A DNA stretch of 64,000 nt from an uncultured Dehalococcoidia bacterium (lineage in GTDB: Bacteria > Chloroflexota > Dehalococcoidia > Lucifugimonadales > GCA-2712585), in assembly GCA_958295715.1 (NCBI GenBank), contig OY282371.1, forward strand, positions 1,471,697 through 1,535,696, given 5' to 3'. How positions within the stretch are numbered: position 1 is the stretch's first letter; every line of letters begins with the position of its first letter. Shown in pieces: positions 39,777 to 47,026 of the stretch. Made by a program: the position numbers and the translations under genes. The notes under the pieces are model-generated. The model was not told the DNA's origin, searched no databases, and saw nothing but the letters and a program-made list of their open reading frames with translations.

Positions 39777-41318
39777 TTGTCCACACGGGAAAAGGCGACG
39801 CAGGATGACCTGGAGCTTCTCTTTGACTGCCTCCCGCCCAGGATAGTGGCCCCCCTGCGGGAACGGGGCGGGCTGGGGCATCTGCTGGAGGTGGTCATAG
39901 ACCTGGCCAGACCCCCCGAGGCGCGCTTCCCCGACGGGGACGTTGTCCTGGATCCGGCGGAGGTCGGCCAGGAGGACCTGGACTTCGTTATCGCCCGCAT
40001 TGGGCAGTTCGGCGACGACAACCGGTCTGGCATCGAGCGCACCCTGCACCGCGTGTCGGCCATACGAAACCGCAAGGGGCGAATTCTGGGGATAACCTGC
40101 CGCGTGGGCCGGGCGGTTTTCGGGGCCATACAGACCATAGAGGACCTGGCCTTCTCCGGCAAAAACATCCTGCTGCTCGGTCGCCCCGGCGTCGGCAAGA
40201 CAACCATGCTGCGCGAGGTGGCCCGGGCCCTGGCCGACGGCGCCAAGAAGCGCGTCATCGTGGTGGACACCTCCAACGAAATCGCGGGCGACGGCGACAT
40301 CCCCCACCCGGCCATAGGGCACGCCCGCCGGATGCAGGTTCCCGCCTCTAACCTCCAGCACTCGGTGATGATAGAGGCGGTGGAAAACCACATGCCGCAG
40401 GTGATTATCATAGACGAGATGAGCACGGAGTTGGAGGCGGCGGCGGCCCGCACCATAGCCGAGCGGGGCGTTCAGCTAGTGGCCACCGCCCACGGCAACA
40501 CCCTGGACAACCTCATCCTTAACCCCACCCTCTCCGACCTGGTGGGCGGCATACAGACCGTCACCCTCGGCGACGACGAGGCGCGATACCGCGGCACTCA
40601 GAAGACGGTGTTGGAAAGGAAGGCCCCGCCCACCTTCGACGCGGTGGTGGAGATACAGAGTTGGGACACGGTGGCGGTGCACGACGGCGTGGCCAGGGTG
40701 GTGGACTCGTGGCTCCGCGGCTACTCTCCGGCCCCGGAGGTGCGGCGCATGAGGGCCGACGGCAGCATGGCGCGGGGCGTCCCGGCAGCCCCCGCCAAAG
40801 ACGACGCCCCACGGAAGGAACCCCAGCGCGCGCCCACGGTCGGACCGCCGGACGCGGAAAGCCCCACGCCCCGCGTATTCCTCTTCGGCGTGGGCAGGGA
40901 CAAGGTGGAGCAGGCCTCCGCCGACGCTGGCGTGGCCGTGGAGGTGGTCAACGACCTGCGCGACGCCGACCTGGTGCTCACCACCAAGTCCCACTACAAG
41001 CGCGGCTCCCGGGTGGCGCGCATCGCCGAGGAGTCGGGGCGGCCCATCCACGTGGTTCGCAAGAACTCCGCCGCCCAGGTGCAGCAGTTCCTCCGAGGCG
41101 CGCAGAGGCGACTGAACGGCGACCGCTCGGTGAACACCGCCCTCCAGGAGGCCCACGAGGCCGCCCAGCGCGTCCTCGACGGCGAAGACCACGTTGACCT
41201 CTCCTCCCAACGGGCCTACGTCCGGCGGCTTCAACACCTGCTGGCCCAAAAGTACAACCTAGCGTCCCTCAGCAGCGGCGCCGACCCCCACCGGCACGTG
41301 CGCCTCCTCCAGAGGTGA
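39777..41318 (+). CDS. AAA+ ATPase with C-terminal R3H domain (SpoIIIAA/Ycf45-like)
   Basis: Walker A LLGRPGVGKTT, Walker B VIIIDEM and R3H-like YVRRLQHLLA near the C-terminus. I chose the TTG at 39777, directly after the pdxT stop. The track start at 39648 overlaps pdxT. Confidence 0.7.
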   Translation: MSTREKATQDDLELLFDCLPPRIVAPLRERGGLGHLLEVVIDLARPPEARFPDGDVVLDPAEVGQEDLDFVIARIGQFGDDNRSGIERTLHRVSAIRNRKGRILGITCRVGRAVFGAIQTIEDLAFSGKNILLLGRPGVGKTTMLREVARALADGAKKRVIVVDTSNEIAGDGDIPHPAIGHARRMQVPASNLQHSVMIEAVENHMPQVIIIDEMSTELEAAAARTIAERGVQLVATAHGNTLDNLILNPTLSDLVGGIQTVTLGDDEARYRGTQKTVLERKAPPTFDAVVEIQSWDTVAVHDGVARVVDSWLRGYSPAPEVRRMRADGSMARGVPAAPAKDDAPRKEPQRAPTVGPPDAESPTPRVFLFGVGRDKVEQASADAGVAVEVVNDLRDADLVLTTKSHYKRGSRVARIAEESGRPIHVVRKNSAAQVQQFLRGAQRRLNGDRSVNTALQEAHEAAQRVLDGEDHVDLSSQRAYVRRLQHLLAQKYNLASLSSGADPHRHVRLLQR

Positions 41319-41369
41319 GGCCCTTGCGTAAGAGAGTTCTCCAAGGGCATCAGGGGTAGGAAACCCACC

Positions 41370-42035
41370 GTGGCCCTATTCATCGCCTTCGAGGGCGGGG
41401 AGCTTTCAGGCAAGTCCACCCAGTCCCGGCTCCTCTACAACCGGATGATAGCCGAGGGGAAGCGGGTCATATGGGTGCACGAGCCGGGCAGCACCCGGCT
41501 GGGCGAGTACCTGCGGGAATACCTCATCGGCGAAAACCGGATGTCCCACAAGCCGGAACTCCTCCTGTTCGCGGCGGCGCGGTCGGAGATAGTGGAGACG
41601 GTCATCAGGCCCAACCTACAAGAGGGCATCAACGTTATCGCCGACAGGTACATGCACTCCACCGTGGCCTACCAGGGCTACGGCCGGGGCATGGACTTGG
41701 GCGTCATCGACTATCTCAACGAGTTCGTGGCCGGAGACTGCGTCCCCGACCTCACTATGCTGATGGACTTGCCGGAGAAGTCCGTTATCGAGCGCGGGCA
41801 GGTCCAGACCCGCCTGGCCCTTGGAGAGGAAGCGGCCTCAGGACAGCGACGCCTTGACGACGCGTACAAGCGCAAGTTTGAGCGGATGCCCCGTGAATTC
41901 CACGCCAAGGTGCGCCGGGGCTACCTGGAACTGGCGGCCTCCCACGGGGACGGCTGGTTCGTGGTGGACGGCCGGGAGCCGCTGGAGGTCAACGCCGCCA
42001 GGATATGGGAGCGGGTCCAGCCCCTCCTCGCCTAG
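41370..42035 (+). CDS. tmk: Thymidylate kinase
   Basis: P-loop IAFEGGELSGKSTQ, the DRY motif (ADRYMHS) and a lid region. GTG start. Confidence 0.9.
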   Translation: MALFIAFEGGELSGKSTQSRLLYNRMIAEGKRVIWVHEPGSTRLGEYLREYLIGENRMSHKPELLLFAAARSEIVETVIRPNLQEGINVIADRYMHSTVAYQGYGRGMDLGVIDYLNEFVAGDCVPDLTMLMDLPEKSVIERGQVQTRLALGEEAASGQRRLDDAYKRKFERMPREFHAKVRRGYLELAASHGDGWFVVDGREPLEVNAARIWERVQPLLA

Positions 42036-42089
42036 GGTCTGAGGCATAGCCCCGCCACGGTGGACGCGGAGCGGCCCGCGCCCTCCTCC

Positions 42090-42455
42090 CGTCCATTCCC
42101 GCTTTCCCTTCTCGTCATTCCCGCGCAGGCGGGAATCCATCTTCTCGCCTCTCATCAGATGAACAGACCATCCAACCATTACGGATAATAACTGTGGGCG
42201 AGAGCCGGAAGGCGCCAACCAGGGACGCTCATACGGACGGGAGCGCGCGCCGTGGAGCGGTTGTCCCGGCGCAGTGGGGATGGGATGGATTCCCGCCTAC
42301 GCGGGAATGACGGATGGTAGGCGCGAGTGCGCGCGCTGTGGTTGCCTCGGCGCAACGGGGGCCGCGGGCGCTTGCTTTGTTTTGCGGGGTGTCGGTATAC
42401 GGCGTTAGGTTCCTGGATTCCCGCCTGCGCGGGAATGACGGAGTAGAAGGGGCGG
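42090..42455. repeat. REP-like hairpin cluster (contains MITE-like copy B)
   Basis: Cores near 42114, 42287 and 42415, plus half copies. Confidence 0.9.
42114..42311. repeat. ~200-bp MITE-like composite repeat, copy B
   Basis: It aligns end to end with 16949-17149: the same CATCAGATGAAC...CATTACGGA.AATAACTG.GGGCGAGAGCCGGAAG...GCTCATACGGACGGGAGC interior, bounded by inverted hairpin cores. Confidence 0.65.
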
Positions 42456-42599
42456 GAATGACGGGAAAGGAGGGGAGCTAGATGAGGGAATTAGGATTCC
42501 TGCCCCACCGGTTTGAAGGAAAGAAAGTTGAATACTTGTGTACACTCTATCTGTCATCCCCGAACTCGCCCCATCCGCATTCCCGCTCTCTCCCTATCC

Positions 42600-43060
42600 G
42601 TCATTCCCGTGAAAACGGGAATCCAGGAAGGCTTCGATTATGAAACAGCCCTGCGTATACATACTCGCAAGCGAGCGCAACGGAACCCTTTATGTGGGCG
42701 TAACCTCTAACTTGGCGCCGCGAGTTTGGGAGCACAAGAACGACCTGGCAGAGGGTTTCATCAAGCGGTACGGCGTCCACAGGCTGGTCTGGTTTGAGGG
42801 GCACGAAACAATGGAGGGCGCCATTACGAGGGAGAAGGCGTTGAAGCAGTGGAACAGGACATGGAAGCTCGAGTTGATTGAGGGGAGTAATCCGAAGTGG
42901 AAGGACCTATATGAGGGGTTGGGGTGAGGCGCCGCCCCGCTCCGCTACGGTGCCCGCCTCCGCCCTCCCGCCACCTAGCGGTAAGGGGAGAGCAGGGCGC
43001 GGTCTATGGGGTCAGTTCTGCGACGTGGCCTTCCTGGATTCCCGTTTTCACGGGAATGAC
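42600..43060 (+). mobile_element. Candidate TIR-bounded cassette: GIY-YIG nuclease gene flanked by exact 32-nt inverted copies of a variant REP hairpin
   Basis: 42600-42631 reads GTCATTCCCGTGAAAACGGGAATCCAGGAAGG. Its exact reverse complement is at 43029-43060, and again at 43120-43151. Confidence 0.45.
42640..42927 (+). CDS. GIY-YIG nuclease family protein (UPF0213/YhbQ-like)
   Basis: CVYILASERNGTLYVGVTSNLAPRVWEHK...REKALKQW is the GIY-(x10)-YVG / R / E pattern of small GIY-YIG proteins. The gene is AT-richer than its surroundings. Confidence 0.85.
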   Translation: MKQPCVYILASERNGTLYVGVTSNLAPRVWEHKNDLAEGFIKRYGVHRLVWFEGHETMEGAITREKALKQWNRTWKLELIEGSNPKWKDLYEGLG

Positions 43061-43255
43061 GGGAGGGGAGGCGGTGGGAATGAGTTGTTGGCGTTTCGGG
43101 TCGTGGTTCTGCGACGTGGCCTTCCTGGATTCCCGTTTTCACGGGAATGACGGGAAGGGGGACGGGGCTTCATCCTCCCAACGCAAACCCAACGCTCTTC
43201 AAACCTAAGCGGGCACGCGTGCCCTTCCCGTTTTCACGGGAATGACGGAAAGGGA
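43029..43255. repeat. REP-like hairpin cluster, T-A stem variant (TTCCCGTTTTCACGGGAA)
   Basis: Three variant cores at 43036-43060, 43127-43151 and 43225-43248. The first two lie in a 91-bp direct duplication. Confidence 0.9.
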
Positions 43256-43277
43256 AGGGATGCTAAAGAGCCGCCGG

Positions 43278-44162
43278 TTAGGAGGCGCCGCTCATGGCCT
43301 CCGCAACGGTGGCGCCTATGAGGGCAGGTGAGGGGACAACGGCGGCCCCGGCGTCACGCAGGGCCCGGTTCTTGGCCTCCGCCGCGGCGTCGGCCCCCGT
43401 TATGATGGCCCCGGCGTGTCCCATCCGCTTCCCCGGCGGCGCCGTAGCCCCGGCGATAAAGGAGACGATGGGCTTGCCGAAGCTCTCCTTGATGTACTGG
43501 GCCGCCTCCTGCTCCATACTGCCGCCTATCTCCCCGATGAGAACCACCAGGTCGGTTTCCGGGTCGTCGTTAAACATGGCCAACACGTCCACAAAGTTGG
43601 TCCCTATCAGCGGGTCGCCGCCGATGCCGACGCAGGTCGACTGGCCCAGGCCCAGGGCGGTAAGCTGGCTCACGGCCTCGTAGGTGAGGGTGCCGCTCCG
43701 GGACACCACGCCCACGCGTCCGGACATGTGGATGGCCCCCGGCATGATGCCCACCTTGCACCGGCTCCCCGGCGATATCAGCCCCGGGCAGTTGGGGCCT
43801 AATAGCCGGCTCCCGCGGCCCTCCAGATACCGCAGCGTCCGGGCCGTGTCCAGAACAGGGACCCCCTCGGCGATGCAGACTATCAACTCAACGCCCGCCT
43901 CCGCCGCCTCCAGCATGGCGTCCTGAGCGAAGGGCGCGGGCACAAACAGAAGGGACACGTTGGCCCCCGTTTCCCCAACGGCCTGCTCAACGGAGTTGAA
44001 GACCGGGACGGTGTCGTTGAAGAGGGAGCCGCCGCGCCCGGGCGTCACCCCGGCGACCACGTTGGCGCCGTACTCCATGCACCGTGCGGCGTGAAAGCTG
44101 CCTTCCCGCCCGGTGACGCCCTGCACCAGTATCCGAGAGTCCCCATTAACCAAAATGCTCAT
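43278..44162 (-). CDS. sucD: Succinate--CoA ligase subunit alpha
   Basis: [21 protein letters not shown]...SRSGTLTYE...GHAGAII: canonical SucD, including the phosphohistidine loop. Confidence 0.95.
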   Translation of the reverse strand: MSILVNGDSRILVQGVTGREGSFHAARCMEYGANVVAGVTPGRGGSLFNDTVPVFNSVEQAVGETGANVSLLFVPAPFAQDAMLEAAEAGVELIVCIAEGVPVLDTARTLRYLEGRGSRLLGPNCPGLISPGSRCKVGIMPGAIHMSGRVGVVSRSGTLTYEAVSQLTALGLGQSTCVGIGGDPLIGTNFVDVLAMFNDDPETDLVVLIGEIGGSMEQEAAQYIKESFGKPIVSFIAGATAPPGKRMGHAGAIITGADAAAEAKNRALRDAGAAVVPSPALIGATVAEAMSGAS

Positions 44163-44191
44163 GTCCTAACTAGCTCCCCAGCCGTCCCCGT

Positions 44192-45349
44192 CTAGCGCGG
44201 GAGGGCCTTCAGTTTCTCTTCAACCTCAAGCAGGGTGGAGGCAAAGGCCACGTCCAGGCCGGAACCGGCCAGTATCTCCCTGCCCTCCTCAACGTTAGTC
44301 CCCTGCATACGGACCATCAACGGGACGCCGGCCCCCTTCTCGCCATAGGCCGCCAGAATGCCGCGGGCCACTATGTCGCTGCGCAGGATGCCCCCAAAAA
44401 TGTTGACCAGAATGCTCTTGACGCTGGGGTCCGCCAGCATGATGTTCACGGCCCGGGCCACCTTGCCCTCGTCGGCGCTGCCGCCCACGTCTAGGAAGTT
44501 GGCGGGAAGCCTGCCCGCGCCCTGCACCAAGTCCATGGTCGCCATGGCCAGGCCCGCGCCGTTGACAAGGCACCCCACGGAGCCGCCCAGCTTCACGTAG
44601 GATATCCCGGCCTTAGACGCCTCAACCTCCAAGGGGGACTCCTGCTCCGGGTCGCCCATGGCAGCCAGTTCGGGATGCCGGAAGAGGGCGTCGTCCTCCA
44701 AGTCTATCTTGGCGTCCACGGCGACCAGGCCCCCATCGCCGGAGACGACCAGGGGGTTTATCTCCACCAGGGTCAGGTCCTTTTCCATGAACAGGGTGTA
44801 GATGGAGGTCATTATCCGGGCGGCGGCCCCCAACTGCTTCCCCTCCAGTCCCAACCCGCGGCCCACCCTGCGGGCCTGGAAGGGTTGGAACCCGACGGCC
44901 ACGTCGACGCCCTCGTTGATGATGCTCTCAGGACGGGTGGCGGCCACCTCCTCTATCTCCACGCCGCCGGAGGCGCTGGCGATGAACATAGGCCCGCCGG
45001 AGGCGCGGTCGACGGTGACGGCCAGGTACATCTCGCCGCTCACGTCGGCGGGTTCCTCCACCAACAGCCTCCGCACCGGGGCGCCCTCAGGGCCCGTTTG
45101 GACCGTAACCAGGCGGCCTCCAAGGAGCGAGGCGGCGAATTCGCGGGCCTCCTGGGGCGAGTCGACCAGCTTCACGCCGCCGGCCTTGCCCCTCCCCCCG
45201 GCGTAGACCTGGGCCTTCACCACCGCCCTGCCGCCCAGATCGCGGCAGATGACCTCCGCCTCGGCGGGGGTGGCGGCCACCCGGCCCGGGGGCACGGGAA
45301 CTCCGTACTTGGAAAGCAGTTCCTTGGACTGGTACTCGTGAATCTTTAT
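44192..45349 (-). CDS. sucC: Succinate--CoA ligase subunit beta (apparent AUA start)
   Basis: [13 protein letters not shown] and the rest are canonical. The universally conserved N-terminus (M)[19 protein letters not shown] lies upstream of the track GTG start (45295). It is open only back to a TAG at 45355-45353. The codon at the Met1 position is ATA (45349-45347), with GGAGG 6 nt upstream. Confidence 0.9.
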   Translation of the reverse strand: MKIHEYQSKELLSKYGVPVPPGRVAATPAEAEVICRDLGGRAVVKAQVYAGGRGKAGGVKLVDSPQEAREFAASLLGGRLVTVQTGPEGAPVRRLLVEEPADVSGEMYLAVTVDRASGGPMFIASASGGVEIEEVAATRPESIINEGVDVAVGFQPFQARRVGRGLGLEGKQLGAAARIMTSIYTLFMEKDLTLVEINPLVVSGDGGLVAVDAKIDLEDDALFRHPELAAMGDPEQESPLEVEASKAGISYVKLGGSVGCLVNGAGLAMATMDLVQGAGRLPANFLDVGGSADEGKVARAVNIMLADPSVKSILVNIFGGILRSDIVARGILAAYGEKGAGVPLMVRMQGTNVEEGREILAGSGLDVAFASTLLEVEEKLKALPR

Positions 45350-45445
45350 GGTCTACCTCCCAGGGCGAAGAGCCGGGGCCTATTCTAACACAGGGCCGCC
45401 TCCCATGCAGAACACGGGCGCCTTCACCCCCGCCCCACCCATACA

Positions 45446-45474
45446 TTGACTAGCCCCGCCATCTTGAGTACATT
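45446..45474 (+). promoter_or_regulatory. Sigma-70-type promoter for the dehydrogenase gene
   Basis: TTGACT (45446-45451), a 17-nt spacer, then TACATT (45469-45474). Confidence 0.45.
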
Positions 45475-45516
45475 TGCCGGGTTCCCACCAGCCAACACCC
45501 CCGCTAAGGAGAGACC

Positions 45517-46428
45517 ATGAATGGCAAGGAGACTGTCGCGTTCATAGGCCTGGGCATTATGGGCCTGCCCATGAGCCTAAACCTCATCAAGGCCGGATAC
45601 CCCCTGGCCGTTTACAACAGGACTCGCAGCAAGACCGAGGCGTTGGCGGAGCAGGGAGCGCGGGTCGCCGGCTCCCCCGCCGAGGCGGCGCGGGGCGCCT
45701 CAACCGTTATCGTCATGGTCAGCGACTCCCCGGACGTGGAGGAGGTAGTCCTGGGCAAGGGCGGGGTGATAGAGGGCGTCCAGGAGGGGGCCGTGGTCAT
45801 AGACATGAGCACGATTTCGCCCTCCGTGACCCGCCGGGTGGGGGCCAGGCTGGCCGGAAGGGGGGCAGCCATGCTGGACGCCCCCGTTAGCGGCAGCTCC
45901 TGGGCCGCCGCCGACGGGACCCTCTCCATCATGGTGGGCGGAGAGCCGGAGGTATTCGAACGCTCCCTCCCCGTCCTGGAGGCCATGGGCAAGCGGATTA
46001 TTCACATAGGCCCGAGCGGCATGGGGCAGGTGGCCAAGCTGGTCAACCAGGTGATGGTCGCCGGCACCCTGGCCGCCGTGTGCGAGGGGCTTCTCCTCGG
46101 CGCCAAGGCGGGCGTTGACTTGGACAAGGTGTTCCAGGCCGTCACCGGCGGCGCCGCCAACTCCTGGCAGCTTGAGAACCTGGGCTCCCGCATCCTCAAG
46201 CGCGACTTCGACCCCGGGTTCTCCGTTAAGCTGATGCTGAAGGACCAGCGCCTCATCAACCAAGCCGCCGAGGAGATGGAACTGCCCATGCCCGCGTCGG
46301 CCGTGGCCCGCCAGTTCTTCTACCTGCTGGGACAGCGAGGGCTGGGCGAGGACGGCACCCAGTCTTACATCAAGGGACTGGAGGAGATGGCGGGAGTCAT
46401 AGTGGGCGGCTCCGCGGAGCCTTCATAG
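45517..46428 (+). CDS. NAD(P)-dependent 3-hydroxyisobutyrate / 2-hydroxy-3-oxopropionate dehydrogenase family oxidoreductase
   Basis: Rossmann motif VAFIGLGIMGLPMSLNL, DAPVSG and GxGQxxKxxNQ (GMGQVAKLVNQ). AAGGAG upstream. Confidence 0.8.
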   Translation: MNGKETVAFIGLGIMGLPMSLNLIKAGYPLAVYNRTRSKTEALAEQGARVAGSPAEAARGASTVIVMVSDSPDVEEVVLGKGGVIEGVQEGAVVIDMSTISPSVTRRVGARLAGRGAAMLDAPVSGSSWAAADGTLSIMVGGEPEVFERSLPVLEAMGKRIIHIGPSGMGQVAKLVNQVMVAGTLAAVCEGLLLGAKAGVDLDKVFQAVTGGAANSWQLENLGSRILKRDFDPGFSVKLMLKDQRLINQAAEEMELPMPASAVARQFFYLLGQRGLGEDGTQSYIKGLEEMAGVIVGGSAEPS

Positions 46429-46432
46429 GCCG

Positions 46433-46978
46433 CTACGCCTGGGACCCACCGCCTCGGAGCCACCGCTCCAAGGCGACGGCGTCCCTGGGAAAGGCCAGTT
46501 CCGGAAGGCCGCCCGGCGAGAAGAACCCCACCTCCGACACCTCCTGCCCCGGGGCGGCCTCGCCGCTCACAACGCGGCCGTGATAGACCGCCAGGACCAC
46601 CGGGTTCCCCCGCTCGGAAAAGGCCCCGACCAGGCCCAGAATCTCCACCGTCACGCCCGTCTCCTCGAGGACCTCACGAGCCGCGGCCTCCTCCAGGGCC
46701 TCGCCCCTGTCCACGTAGCCGCCGGGGAGGCTCCACAGCCCGACGCCCGGCTCAATGGCGCGCCGCACCATGAGGGCCTTGCCGCCCCGCTCCACAATCA
46801 CCGCGGCGGCCAGCTTGGGGCCGTAGTAGATAACCCTGCCGCAGCGGGAACACGCCGGCCTTTCGGCGTTGTGGACCCACCGCAGGGCCAACGGCCCGCC
46901 GCATCCGGGACAGTAACGGTCTTCCTGACTCATCCTCAAAAGATACCACATCGCCACCGCGTCGCGACGGAGGGTCAC
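46433..46978 (-). CDS. NUDIX hydrolase with N-terminal zinc ribbon
   Basis: CPGCGG...CSRCG ribbon, then the Nudix box GGYVDRGEALEEAAAREVLEETGV. Start is uncertain (46978, 46951 or 46933). Confidence 0.75.
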   Translation of the reverse strand: MTLRRDAVAMWYLLRMSQEDRYCPGCGGPLALRWVHNAERPACSRCGRVIYYGPKLAAAVIVERGGKALMVRRAIEPGVGLWSLPGGYVDRGEALEEAAAREVLEETGVTVEILGLVGAFSERGNPVVLAVYHGRVVSGEAAPGQEVSEVGFFSPGGLPELAFPRDAVALERWLRGGGSQA

Positions 46979-46987
46979 GGGGGAAAA

Positions 46988-47016
46988 TTGCCCTGCCCCG
47001 CCGCTCTGGTATAAAG
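46988..47016 (+). promoter_or_regulatory. Possible promoter giving a near-leaderless mRNA
   Basis: TTGCCC, 16-17 nt, then TATAAA(G). The -10 ends about 11 nt before the ATG at 47027, and there is no SD in between. Confidence 0.35.
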
Positions 47017-47026
47017 TAGCGTCGGC

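Noticed and set aside
42600-43060. Integron gene-cassette/attC interpretation of the hairpin-bounded small ORFs (also 50077-50593)
   Set aside because: There is no integrase. The flanking copies are inverted, whereas an attC site would be a single site at the 3' end. No GTTRRRY-type core is present, and the same hairpin is dispersed genome-wide between ordinary genes.
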